A stretch of DNA of 63,276 nucleotides, filler included, from Lenisia limosa (Eukaryota; Protista; Breviatea): assembly GCA_001655205.1 (NCBI GenBank). It is 20 parts of 20 records of this genome, joined end to end, with 100 filler letters (N's around TTAATTAATTAA, not from the genome) between each part and the next. Parts side by side here need not be neighbours in the genome. Positions count along the whole stretch, not along the records: positions 30,848 to 44,897 come from LPNZ01005745.1; positions 44,998 to 46,795 come from LPNZ01009596.1; positions 46,896 to 48,758 come from LPNZ01007686.1; positions 48,859 to 50,350 come from LPNZ01001010.1; 16 more parts are not named here. One strand, written 5' to 3'. The translations under genes and the position numbers were made by a program. Positions within the stretch are counted from its first letter, which is position 1. Every line of letters begins with the position of its first letter. This document shows positions 36,776 through 49,249 of the stretch, piece after piece. The notes under the pieces were generated by a model. The model was not told where the DNA came from. It ran no database searches and saw nothing but the letters and a program-made list of their open reading frames with translations.

Positions 36776-39700
36776 TCACGCTTCCGAGGGGTTAAGGCTC
36801 GGACGGAGGTCAGAGGAGGTCAAAGGGGTTGTTATGGAGGAGGCTTGAGGACTCAGGGGTTTCGATGTCTTCACTAATTGCTGGGACGGATCGACTGCAG
36901 GGTGAAAGAAAGAGACAAAAAAAAAACTGGAAGTGAGGGGAAGGGGCTCACAAAGCGTGAATACTTGTTGAATATGTAGGCATTTAGTTGTATCCCCCCC
37001 CCCCCCCNNNNNNNNNNNNNNNNNNNNNNNNNNNNNNNNNNNNNNNNNNNNNNNNNNNNNNNNNNNNNNNNNNNNNNNNNNNNNNNNNNNNNNNNNNNNN
37101 NNNNNNNNNNNNNNNNNNNNNNNNNNNNNNNNNNNNNNNNNNNNNNNNNNNNNNNNNNNNNNNNNNNNNNNNNNNNNNNNNNNNNNNNNNNNNGGGTATT
37201 TTTATAAAGTTGTCATGAACAGGACGGAATACTCTCGTATTTAAATTGATCCTTCTCATGACACTAGCGAAAGTAACCACCATTCCCACACCCCAGTTGA
37301 GTAACTGGGTATTTAAACAGAGAATTCCGATTGACATATCCATATTCAAGGTACTGCACTCACCAGGAGGGGGGTTGTTCATATCCATGACGTCAGACAC
37401 GTCTACAGCTTCTTCGGCGTCAGAATCAAGGCCAAACTGGTCTTCTTGCTCCAATCGGCCGTATCGACTGCTTTGATGAGGTAGTAGGGTACGTATTTGA
37501 TATGAAATGTGATGATAGATCTGTGCAGGGACAAGCTATTTGCAACACCATAACCAAACAGATTTACCGATTTACCCGTATGAATATGACTAATAACACT
37601 CAGTTTATGGGATCTGCAATAAACACAATGCCCCCCCCCCCCNNNNNNNNNNNNNNNNNNNNNNNNNNNNNNNNNNNNNNNNNNNNNNNNNNNNNNNNNN
37701 NNNNNNNNNNNNNNNNNNNNNNNNNNNNNNNNNNNNNNNNNNNNNNNNNNNNNNNNNNNNNNNNNNNNNNAGAGGAAGAAGCCTCCACCAGCAAGTCCCG
37801 TCATCACCATGACCCAGATCAGCAGCGTCAGGAAGACAGAGGATGAGGAGGATGGGGAGTCATCGTCAGGGCATGGCAGCATCTAAAGTGGTAAGAAGGA
37901 TGGGTATAAGGGATCACTGGAAGAAATGGTTCAATTGGCAAAGATCGTCTCTCAGCCCACCAAATGCCAAAGATCCTCTCTCAGCCCACCAAATGACTGT
38001 GGTCCACAGCGCCGTCGTTAATGAAACACGTGTCGCCTGCAACCCTTCGGTACCTAAACCATAAGCATAGTCAAGTAAAGACTGTCTCCATTGGCTGAGG
38101 GGATGTAATACAACAAAACCTCACAAAGCACACCCTTTAGAAACCAGGTAAGTTTTATTCGGTTCACACGTGTCCGGGGCAGTGAGGTTGGCTGGGGGCC
38201 CTACGCATGGTCCTTCGCCTCCTATCCGCGCATAGTCCACGTCACATTCCCTGGAGTATAAAATATGAATTTTGAAGGGGGGAAAAAAAAATAAAGAAAG
38301 GATACTGTATTGGAAACAATTGAGAAACACTGCGACATCACCTCACCAGTCTTCCTCTGTACAAGGACAGTGCTGAGTGGTGAGGGAGTGAGTGTACGAA
38401 GTGGCGTGCAGGCACAGCGCGTTAGCCTTGCGTCGCACGTACGTCATGTTGCGGCCCAGAATGCACATTCCGCCGCCGGGAACAAAAGTCTCAAAATCGG
38501 TGGACTCGTCATCACCGCCGGGCTGGGTGGTGAGCTTGACCTGTTTGACGGCTTGGTTGGATGCGAAGCCTGTTCAGTCCCCGCAAAAGATCACTAATAC
38601 AACATAGAGTATGGATAACTGTCAAAATCGATTGTGGTTCCTTGGGTATATTCAAATTTGACCTGCAGCCCTACTCCACCCCACCACATCAGGCTTATCA
38701 GCACCCGAACATGTTCGTTCATTGACCGACGAGAAGTCTACAGAAAGCATCACGCCCTTTCCATTCTCCTAAAACGGTTAGCTCTTCTTAAGAAGGCCTG
38801 ATTCTATTTTGAACAGTGCTACATGTTAACAGCACAAGAAACTACCAACCTGTTCAACACCATAGACCACGAAGTTCTCAGTAGTACCGTTCGCATGAAT
38901 ATTCTGACAGGAGTAAAATATGACTGTTGTATACGCTGTTTCGCATATATTACCAGTCTTCTACCAACAGCAGTTAAACGTTTGTTCGATTCGATTAGCA
39001 CTCAGTCTTTTGGAAAGAAGAAACTGATTGAACTGTTCAACTTTTTTACAAAAATACTTGATAATACTATGATAATAATATATATAATATATAGTATGTA
39101 CATTGCCTCTTGTGAAGAGAACGCTATGTCTAAGAGTATTGGAGTCGCAGATAACCTGGAAGATGATGCCCTTCTCGCTGTCAGATGGCATTTTGAGTCC
39201 CTCCCATGTCGTCCCTGTGCCATAAGCAATCTGGCAGCACATATGTACGAAAAGCACAGTGCAGTCTCTTGAACAAGAAGGTACAAAAATATCAATGCAT
39301 GGAAAGCGATACACCATCATTGATGAAAGACTCATCCTCACCAACCCTGATCCAGAGAGAAAGCGCATTGAGTCGAAGGCTCCAAGTGGGGGCATGCAAG
39401 AAGAATGGCACCGAAGTCGGCTGAGGCGGCAATGTGCTGAAAAGTAAGGAAAGATGAGTAAAAACAAACATCAAATTCAACTAGTTTTACAGCATTGACA
39501 AACAAACAAGCGTTTAACAACAAAATAAATAAAGCTCAAGCTTGTCGCATCTGTAGCACCGCATCCCATCACTCCAGTNNNNNNNNNNNNNNNNNNNNNN
39601 NNNNNNNNNNNNNNNNNNNNNNNNNNNNNNNNNNNNNNNNNNNNNNNNNNNNNNNNNNNNNNNNNNNNNNNNNNGATGTGCAGGTCGGTCTCACTTGACA

Positions 39701-42700
39701 GATCGCTCAAATAGTCCCCAACATTTCCTGGGGTATTATCTTATGTAGAAATGGGAACTAAAAAAAAGGAGGTGATAGGTTGGTGTGGTACTCCTACATT
39801 CCGGACCAAATTGACTTAGTAAGAAGCTTATAACGTCAATTTATAGAACTGTTCGAAAACGGAACCTGAGAAGACCTCCGCCCACCATTGGCCATGATGA
39901 TTCCGACCGCGTAGGGGTCGCTGACGATGTCTGTGCTTTTCCATCGACCTGAAACCTGGAGTTGCAGGCGGCATTTCTGCAGTGGTTAGAAGGCGATTAT
40001 TATGATTGAATAAAGGCCCTCACTCCCCCCCCCCCCCNNNNNNNNNNNNNNNNNNNNNNNNNNNNNNNNNNNNNNNNNNNNNNNNNNNNNNNNNNNNNNN
40101 NNNNNNNNNNNNNNNNNNNNNNNNNNNNNNNNNNNNNNNNNNNNNNNNNNNNNNNNNNNNNNNNNNNNNNNNNNNNNNNNNNNNNNNNNNGAAGATGTCA
40201 CCATGCCGTATCACGATAAGGAAACTGTCATACACTTTGCATTTCCTCCAACAACCCAGCTGCGAACCAATGCATATATCCAGTCACCACGACCATCCAC
40301 TATCAAGTATAAAGAAGATGTAATCCTCCCTATGACCCACACAGTAACAGATGATGCGCTTTATCACCCACCATTGTCGAAGGTGATCTTAGTAACGAGC
40401 TCGCGCGTGTCATCATCAGGGTCAGCATCAGGGTTAACCACCTCGTTACTCAGAAGAATGCCCTCCAGGAGGCTAATGGCGCCTAGCCTAGCCCGGCCAC
40501 TGAAGGCCTGTTGCTCCTGAGACTTCGAGAAGCTCAGACCTGGGGGTGGGGGCAGGCATTGGTTTGGAGGTCGAGCAATGGAGATGTGTAGTCATGCAAT
40601 ATATTGTGAATATTATTTAGCACCTGCCCCCCCCCCCCNNNNNNNNNNNNNNNNNNNNNNNNNNNNNNNNNNNNNNNNNNNNNNNNNNNNNNNNNNNNNN
40701 NNNNNNNNNNNNNNNNNNNNNNTAAAGCGTCCCGTATTCAAATCCCGCATAAGGGCTGGAGAGTAACAGGAAATGTGAGATACTTTTCTGATTGTTGGTT
40801 TAAGCTAAGACAGGATTTCTTAAAAAATATCCACTCTCCAATTCGTGAAGTACTTTCTATACAGCAACAAGCCCCGCACCTCCTGAACGAAACGCTGTGA
40901 AGGAAAACCGAGGAGGGAACGTTGGAAGGCATAAACACTGCCCCTTCTTTCAGGGAATCTGGAAGGTTAGGGCTTGTGTTTATTGCACTACATTTAGATA
41001 TCAGATAAAAGAGCCACAGAACAAGCAGCGAGAGGGCTGAGACCCCTTATGGAGCAAACACCACATCAAACCTTCGGGTAGCACCACTGGATCAAAGGAA
41101 AGCCCCCCATCGAACGTCAAGGTAACAGCCATTTCAACGGATTCGGTGTGCTGTGCGAATGTCAAATAACACAAGATGAAGACACCAGCACTGTGATCAT
41201 CCAGAGTCAATACACGCCAATTGCTCGCTTACCTGTGGAACGTAGAGGTAATTAGTTCCCTCTACGAGAATGACATCGTTGCCTCCGTTTACAGTCGTCT
41301 CCATTCCCGAGTCCACGTCTAAGGTGTCAGCTGATGTTGACGTGGTAAAAAAAATTGAAGGGACCAACGCCTAGAAGATACTGATGATTTACATTTCAGA
41401 ATTTGTCAAAAAAAAAATCTATTCAATAATCAATATTGGTAGGAATAGGCATAATGGATAAAAAATACCCAAATCCAGCCACACTTGGGGTTTCACTTCA
41501 GTGATATTGATACTGCGTTGGATACTGTAATACAATGGAGTTGCCCCGTCTCACTTTTGAAGGTCACTTGCAAGTTGGAATTCCAACGGCCGAGAATTGA
41601 ACGGGAAAATCCTAGAGGTCAGAGGCTTTTCTGAGGTGTAATAGAAACAATTATTTCAAATAATATAGAATGTTGTTCATCAAGACAATCTTAATATCAC
41701 GGTCTCACCATCCCTTTTCAACATTACCATTTTTCGATTTTGTTCCTGCAGGGAAAGAATGTTACACTCTTACCATTTGGAAGGAAGTCCTGGTTAGTGG
41801 GGATGCTCTTCCCCTCGCTGTCAGTTTTCAAGACCCAGGTAGCGACGGCTACCGTTGGGTTCACGGAATGGGCCCTATACCAATTAGGTGGTGATGGTGA
41901 CGGTGATTGTTATATTATAGTGATGGTGATGGTTATGTTGATCGTGATGGTAATAGTGTTGGTGTTGGTGATGGTAATATTATGGTGATGGTGAAGGTTA
42001 TTTTATGTTGATTGTGATGGTGATATTGATGGTGATATTGATGGTGATGGTGAAACTGTTGGATATGTGACGAAAATATAACATTGAAACAATAGTGATA
42101 CGAGTTGCACTAATATTATAATATTCATAAGGCTTTCTCGACCCTAACACATGAGATGTAATTTGGAATAGAGTAGTGGGGGGAGGGGGAGGGGGGGGTT
42201 ACGCCTTACCATGTGAAAGAATCAACATAATTGAAGATGGTCGTCAATTCACTTCCACCATTCCGCGACACAAGGAGCTAAAAAAGGTAAGTATATGGCC
42301 TAGTCAGGAATCAACATTCCCTGGCACACCTCTCTGTTGCAATCCGTCTTCTTCGACTCGTAGCAGTTCTCGGCCTTACGACTGATCAGAACGAGGTTCT
42401 TCTTGGAGGGGTGGAAGCTGATACTTTCCTATGTTGCGTTATCAAATAGACTAAGACATGAAACCTTCGGTTTATTAAGCTAAAACTGCCCACCATTCGA
42501 GTTTTGACAGGGAACTTGCCAAAGCTTTCTCCACCGTTATGGGTGACATAATGTGTCTTGCCACTTGAAACGGCAACAATCTAGAAAGTTAGAGAATGTC
42601 CCCGAATGTTCCACCTCTTCCAATTCATCCTTCAGGAGACTTCAATCCACTGTATGTCAACTGTATGTCATTCAAAAAATATACTACACCACCCAACTCA

Positions 42701-43187
42701 AATATAACATGCTAAGTAGAAGAAAACCAGGTACAACGTTCAAAGGAAACCCTGCCTGTGTACCTTGAGTGGGTCCGCTGGAGCCTGTTCAAGGTGCATA
42801 ATGTTCTCATTGTCAATATCTGGTGGAAACAGTCAACAAAAAGGGGGAGAAGGGGGCTATCATACTGGAGAAAGAGTCTTGACAATTGTTCCAAGAAACA
42901 CCCTGGTCTTTTGAGAAGAATACACTCATTGTGCCTTCATTAAAAGTACGTGCAAGGACTCTCTACACATAATTAGAAACATAATAATTCCGTGAAAACA
43001 AATCTGTAACAAACCTTTTGATCCACCCAAAGAACTTGAACAATTTGACCTTCTAAATCATGCTATATAGTAGTTAGTTAGCAAGAAGGGCGGCAGGACA
43101 AACCTTGATCACTTTGATGGGCTGGTCTGCTTGAATAACCGCAAGCACCAATAGTAACAGAAATGCAGCACTAGAAAAACGCCACAT
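36776..43187 (-). CDS. VPS10: VPS10/sortilin-family sorting receptor
   Basis: Signal peptide MWRFSSAAFLLLLVLA. BNR repeats (YVTHNGGESF, LLVSRNGGS, TFDGGLSF, ITFDNGG, SLDQGTTW) and AVGIIMANGNVG. 10CC module CILGRNMTYVRRKANALC..CPCTEEDWECDVDY..GYRRVAGDTC. TM helix, then cytosolic YGRL and an acidic patch. Exact last exon uncertain because of an N gap. Confidence 0.92.
39445..39578 (-). mobile_element. Diverged IE-1 at a VPS10 acceptor
   Basis: ctggagtgatgggatgcggtgctacagatgcgac..ttttgttgtt..agttgaatttg..ttacttttcAG. Confidence 0.7.
41890..42060. repeat. Degenerate (GGTGAT)n low-complexity tract
   Basis: ggtgatggtgacggtgat..ggtgatattgatggtgatggtg in a VPS10 intron. Confidence 0.75.
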
Positions 43188-43789
43188 ATCGACGTGGGAA
43201 AGAATAATCACTATCCCAGAATTCTTCTCGCTCCTCCAATGCCTTTCCCTTTTAGATTTAGTATTAAAAAAAGAAAACAAAGATAATTATCTAGGAGTGA
43301 TTCTATTCAACGATGTTCGACGAATATTCCCATCTATTCCTATTTATCTCAATTTTAACTGCGCGGCCGGAAATTTCTGTTAGTTCAAATCTGGTTCCCC
43401 GAGCCGGGTCCTTCATAGTCCATCGGGTTAAGTATGAAACACTCCACCTCCACCCACTCCTCTTGTACCTCGCCTTAAGTGCGATTTAATTGTGTCATTT
43501 AAGCATCAGGATACATTGTCATCCTTGGCTTGAACAACAGAAATCACCCCTTGATGGAAATGGGTACTTATAGTGCAATAGATTTATCCTACAACTGAAT
43601 ATATTAATCAAATATTCAGTTATAGGATAACTGTCTCATTATTTCCAGAGCTATGACGGAACAAAGAAAACATTGATCACAAATGCCCCAGTCAGATCTA
43701 AGGAAATATAATTTGTCCTTTTGCTGAGTTAACAACAATGGATCCTTTTGATTTGCCTCCTCAAGGGGCAGTTCTCTAACTCATATTGA

Positions 43790-44897
43790 ATATCAAGCTT
43801 GCCCAAAAAATATGGAAGCTGGCTGTTGCAGTATAGAAGCTTGTCAATGTATGAATGGTTTCACAAAAGTCGTGAATGGCACTGGGTTAATTGCAAGGCT
43901 GACGGTTTGCTTTAAATACACATACTGAATAATATTCGAAGAAGGTCAGGAGTATTGCTCAGCTTGTGAGTATAATTTAGTTGCAGTGGGGGGCTCAATA
44001 CTTGGTCAAGTTTGAAAAATAAGTCTGATAGAGAAATACAATCAGGCTTTTGTTTTTATTGAAGACTTTTGTTTATGCCCTGGACAGAATATCAAATACA
44101 GAAAAATGATTGTTGATATGCATATTGTGTAACTTAATATCTATTAGCTTCTGAGATTCTGACCTAACAGTTAACCGTTTCAGTTACATGACAAATTGAA
44201 TGAAATGCAATGTATTGTTCAAAAGGATCAGAGTTTGGGTTCCACAATGGCCGTAAACAGTGTATCCCTTGTGCCAGGGCTATTATAGAGACAGTTTCGG
44301 CACCAGTTGTGTTGAATGTCCAAATAAGACCACGACGCTTGCTTTTGGATCCCAATATTAATGACTGTGTATGTGAGGAGAACTACTATGAAGGCGACAC
44401 ACAAGGCGACCTGCTTTGTTACCCTTGTCCTATTGGAGCAATTTGCTCAGGAGGTGCTAGCAGCCCGATTGCAAAGGAAGGGATTTACAAACAATAGAAT
44501 AGCTTTGAAAGTTGCCCAAGCCAACATCAGGCTGTGCGGGGGGCAACATATGCGCTCATGGATATGAGAAAGCTTTGTGCAGCGTGTGCCAACATGGTTA
44601 TTACCAATACGGCTCAAAATGCATTATTTGTAGTTGGTGGTCACAATTTGCACTTCCCGCAGCAGTGATTTTGGTCATTATTTTTGTGGCGGTTCTCTAC
44701 CTCCTTGGATGAAAGGTGACAAGGGACTGTGACTAGAAATTGAAGTTATCATGGTCACTATGCAAGTACGGAGATGTCCTTTTGTTGAAAATCCGCTAAA
44801 TTTTGGGGAGTCAATTAGCTTGATCTTCTCATTGAGAGTTCGTTATTTGCCCTATTCAAAATAACATATGCTCACGGTCCTAAATGGTGTCATTAAT
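43790..44897 (+). pseudogene. Cysteine-rich extracellular plus TM protein, disrupted
   Basis: CVCEENYYEG..CYPCPIGAICSGG, then in-frame TAG (44495-44497) and a frameshift before GCAGGNICAHGYEKALCSVCQHGYYQYGSKCIIC and a hydrophobic helix. Typical protist Cys-rich multipass architecture. Confidence 0.6.
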
Positions 44898-45087
44898 NNN
44901 NNNNNNNNNNNNNNNNNNNNNNNNNNNNNNNNNNNNNNNNNTTAATTAATTAANNNNNNNNNNNNNNNNNNNNNNNNNNNNNNNNNNNNNNNNNNNNTTT
45001 TTTTTTTTATTCTCAACCCTCGTGTGTCAATATTCAACAGATTTGATTTTGAGCCTTTCCCCCCGTAAATCCAATTTTACTCCGCAG

Positions 45088-45957
45088 GTATTGCGGGGGC
45101 AGCAGCGTGGTCTGTGAGGGCTTCAGCAGGAATCGCTCGATTCTCCGCACATTACGTCAAATCTCTGGTTGGTGGGAGTGGTCATGGGTGGGGAATGCAT
45201 TGCCCACTTTTGTTTGTTATAATTATCCAATTATTCTCCATCGAAATTTCCTTGGTTTTACTCACCCCCCCAGGTCTGGCCTGGTGCTACATCCATCCAC
45301 GCAAATGGTCGCGTAGTCTCCGTATACGTCGGAACCGGACTCGTGGGGGGCATGCTGTGAAATCTCCATTTTTACTCTGACAGAAATCCCATAACTTCCA
45401 TTTTTACTCTGCTAGAAATCCCCATGACTTCCATTTTTACTCTGGCAGAAATCCCTTGGTGCCGGCTATACCCCCCAGCTCCCCACCACGGCCACTCTGG
45501 AGTATGCCGGAGAAGACCTGGTGGAGGAGAGCGACCCGACTGCCGAGGACGAGAAGAGCACTGAGGTGGGGGATTGGATTGTTATAAAGGGGGGGTGAAA
45601 AGAATTTTTGATTCAGAATAATTGGAAAATTTGTGTAGCAAATGAAGCCCAAAATCAACTCTGTTGGCTCTACAAGGGTTGAAAACAACAAAACAAACAA
45701 AGCCCANNNNNNNNNNNNNNNNNNNNNNNNNNNNNNNNNNNNNNNNNNNNNNNNNNNNNNNNNNNNNNNNNNNNNNNNNNNNNNNNNNNNNNNNNNNNNN
45801 NNNNNNNNNNNNNNNNNNNNNNNNNNNNNNNNATTGGGTGGTTTTATTTTTAGTCATAATTTGCCCCTTTTCACTCCAACAGGTCAAACTTGACGAAGAG
45901 GAGCAAAGTGCAGAAGATGATGAGGGGGACGAGGATGAGGAGGACGAGGACTATTAG
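45088..45957 (+). CDS. RSPH4: Radial spoke head protein 4/6 family, C-terminal exons
   Basis: AWSVRASAGIARFSAHYVKSL / VWPGATSIHANGRVVSVYVGTGL / KSLGAGYTPQLP..EYAGEDLVEESDPTAEDE / ..EDDEGDEDEEDEDY-TAG. This parallels the RSPH4/6 C-terminus (SNLWPGA..IYIGWG.K..Y.P..P..EY..E.DP..EEE..acidic tail). Confidence 0.8.
45566..45706 (-). mobile_element. IE-1 in antisense orientation, starting at the RSPH4/6 donor
   Basis: Plus strand: GAG|gtgggggattgg..ggaaaatttg..gcccaaaatcaactctgttggc..agggttgaaaacaacaaaacaaacaaagccc, which is the reverse complement of IE-1. Confidence 0.8.
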
Positions 45958-46979
45958 GCAGGGCGTGTGCGATCTTTGTATTCTAGGTGCTATAATGTAA
46001 ATCTTCTATTGTTTCCCAGCAGTTGTGAGCCATGTCTTAATGTGATTGTATAAGGCTTTCAATTTCGCAATAGTATTTTTAAACAAGAATATCATCAGAG
46101 ATTACAAATCTCAACAAAAAAATACGTAGGGATTCCATTACAACAAATTACCACACTTCTAATAAAACTGCGTACATATGGGACAAATTATGAACCGCCT
46201 ATGGTAATATTCCACCACTTTCACAATTCGTGTCACATAACCTAACGGTGAGCCAATGGAGCTAGTCTACTCGCAAGCGGATGGTTCTATCCTAATATCT
46301 GTGGATCCCAGCGAGCTTTCAAACAAAAAAACAAGGGAGGAATAAAGAGGAAGCATAACCCCAAAGAATAACTGATTTCATAGTCATATTACACCATTTG
46401 CCACATAATTCCTAAACTCTGGAAGGAAACAATTGAAACACAACCCCATACACATGGTCCCATCTTTATCTCCCAAGTCTCGTCTGATTTATTGTAAAGG
46501 CTCCATAGATGTCATTTCCATTTTGGGTTGATTACTCACAGTAATTACAGATTAAGACTCACATTAAATAAAGACTCACAGTAATTGATAGCCGAGGGGG
46601 TGACATGATAATACAATCCATCATAAACCTACCAAAATCATCAGAACCTTACACCGATAATACAAATATCATAATATAGCAAGAAAAAAAAAGAACTGTA
46701 CACCCCCAGGATTAGGATTATTTCCGCATTGAAGACTGGAGGGCCTCTCGACATGCGGCACGGGACCGCTCCAGAGCCGAACGCGCCATTTCCTTNNNNN
46801 NNNNNNNNNNNNNNNNNNNNNNNNNNNNNNNNNNNNNNNTTAATTAATTAANNNNNNNNNNNNNNNNNNNNNNNNNNNNNNNNNNNNNNNNNNNNTAATA
46901 TGGTATCTCTATGTATTGTTTTTGTGTCCCGAGATTAATAATGTCTTTTATTTTTCTTGTTCAAACAATAACAAAACAC

Positions 46980-48740
46980 CCCACCTCGCAAAATGCAAAC
47001 ACCCCGGCCGGGATAGTCAACTTGTCTCCGGGTAATACACGGGTCGAGTAATGCATTTCTTGGATTTTAACGAAGAGCTCTCTCTCCTCTTCTTCCTGGG
47101 GGGGAGTGGTCAACATTGATCGAATAGGTTTTTTTATTGAAAAATTGAAAAATTTATGAAACAAAAAAAAAAGAAGCCCAAAATCTACTCTGTTAGCTGA
47201 CACCACGCGAGGGTTGAGACAAATTCCAGGCCAGTGATTCTGCAGCACCGCATCTCGGTCACAATCGAGCCATTGAGTAATATTTTGGGATTCACTTCGG
47301 TTCGAAAAAGACCAGTAAAATATCGATAGTTATCTACGATTTATCGAGATATTTATACTTTTTCGAACCGAAGTGACGCTCTAGTAATACCTCCCACGTA
47401 AACAGTGGAAGCGAAGAGTTCTTCCATGATGTCATAATATTCACTTGCTGAAGGGTCGCGTAGAGCTGAAGATGGCGTAAAATCGGACAATATTCATATG
47501 ATAGGGTAAGCGGAAAGCCCCACTAACGGGTAGTAGGAAGGGCAGGGTCCTTAGGATGAATTACCGGCTTGCCTGGGGAATAAAACTACCAAACTTATTG
47601 GAGGGGTAAAAATGAATAATTGAGGTGTACCTTTACGCCAATATTCTTCATCGAAATTTCGTTCGTTTTATTCCTCCCTCCCACCCGTGGTGTAAACGGG
47701 GTACTCGAAGATGAAGTAGATTTGGGTAGCGTCATAGGCTAATACGTACAGGGGGCGAACTGGTGTAGCGTTACATGAGCATTTACCTGGAGGGGGGGGG
47801 GTAAACTTGGAAAATTTATAAAACAAAAAAAAAAGTTCAAAATTAACTCTGTTGGCTAACACATGAGGGTTGATAACAACAAAGCAAACAAGCCCAGGCC
47901 AGTCNNNNNNNNNNNNNNNNNNNNNNNNNNNNNNNNNNNNNNNNNNNNNNNNNNNNNNNNNNNNNNNNNNNNNNNNNNNNNNNNNNNNNNNNNNNNNNNN
48001 NNNNNNNNNNNNATTAAGTTGGATAATTTATGAAACAAAGCCCCGCATCAACTCTGTTGGTTTGGGTGGGGGTAAATGCTGTTGATGAATTAATAAACAA
48101 AAGAGAGAAATAAAAAACCTGAGAATAAGACTGAATTTCTCGATAAATCCTCGATAAATATTGATATTTGACCGGTCTTTTTCGGATCATAGGGAAGCCC
48201 TATATACACACCCCGCACCATTATACACTTCACTGAAGGTGAACCCGTCATCGGTCACAACGCTGATGTCCATTGAAACTGTCTCGGAAATCATTGAGGC
48301 TTTTCCTCGGATTTCGCTGAGGGTTTCGAGGACATTCGGTAACTTGCCTTTAATCTGGGGGGGGGGGGNNNNNNNNNNNNNNNNNNNNNNNNNNNNNNNN
48401 NNNNNNNNNNNNNNNNNNNNNNNNNNNNNNNNNNNNNNNNNNNNNNNNNNNNNNNNNNNNNNNNNNNNNNNNNNNNNNNNNNNNNNNNNNNNNNNNNNNN
48501 NNNNNNNNNNNNNTTGGTGACAACACACGAGGGTTGATTACACAAAACAAACAGAGTCTATGCCAGTCGCTTCTGCAGCACCGCATCCCATCAATGATAT
48601 GACATATAAACAATACACAAACAGTCCACATAGCGCATTTTTACACGTGTTCAAACAAAGAAAACGGTCAAAAAGAAGGCCAACCTGCAAAACGGTCGCA
48701 GTAATGTCGAAGTAGAGCAACCCAAATACGTCGGCCACGT
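46980..48740 (-). CDS. Hypothetical multi-exon protein fragment
   Basis: Five exons (QYVADVFGLLYFDITATVLQ / IKGKLPNVLETL..FSEVYN / GKCSCNATPVRPLY.. / LRDPSASEYYDIMEELF / EEEERELFVKIQEMHY..) with phase-compatible canonical sites. Confidence 0.6.
47096..47255 (-). mobile_element. IE-1 at acceptor
   Basis: gatgcggtgctgcagaatcactggcctgg..tcaaccctcg..tcagctaacagagtagattttgggc..ctcccccccAG. Confidence 0.85.
47287..47383. mobile_element. MITE-A
   Basis: gggattcacttcggttcgaaaaagacc..ttttcgaaccgaagtgacgctcTA. Confidence 0.82.
47787..48062 (-). mobile_element. IE-1, two copies, second ending ccccctccAG
   Basis: acagagttgatgcggggc..cataaattatcc [gap] gactggcctgggcttg..gccaacagagttaattttg..tttacccccccccctccAG. 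Confidence 0.85.
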
Positions 48741-49249
48741 ATTGCTGGGGGGGGGGGGNNNNNNNNNNNNNNNNNNNNNNNNNNNNNNNNNNNNNNNNNN
48801 NNTTAATTAATTAANNNNNNNNNNNNNNNNNNNNNNNNNNNNNNNNNNNNNNNNNNNNCTGGCCGAAGCCGTCCACCCCATCCGGGGTATAACAAAATAT
48901 AATATGCTGTGGCGTCTTCGGCAACATTTCTGGATATGACGATTTTTAGTCCATTAAAATTGATCTAACATAAAAAATCTTATCTTATGCATGAATCTGC
49001 TCAAACTGTTCACATCAGAGTTTCAACAGGATATGATATTGACTTATATGAGTCTTCGACAAACCTTCGAAATAGTCCTCCTCCTCATCCATCATAGAAG
49101 GCTGAAAAGTTAGTGATGCTAAGGTAAAGTAGCTGTTGTACTTTTATTCAAAATCAGATTAAAAACATGTCAGAACTCATATGAATGAAAAAAACCAGAA
49201 GTGGATGGCAATAACATTATATCTTGATAACACAGTCCATCAGCCCCAA

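Noticed and set aside
38819-39467. Nested plus-strand gene (ORFs 38823-39272, 39259-39447) inside VPS10
   Set aside because: The region is explained by minus-strand VPS10 exons (HIAASADFGAILLA..SLDQG / TTWEGL / NIHANGTTENFVVYG) and AT-rich introns.
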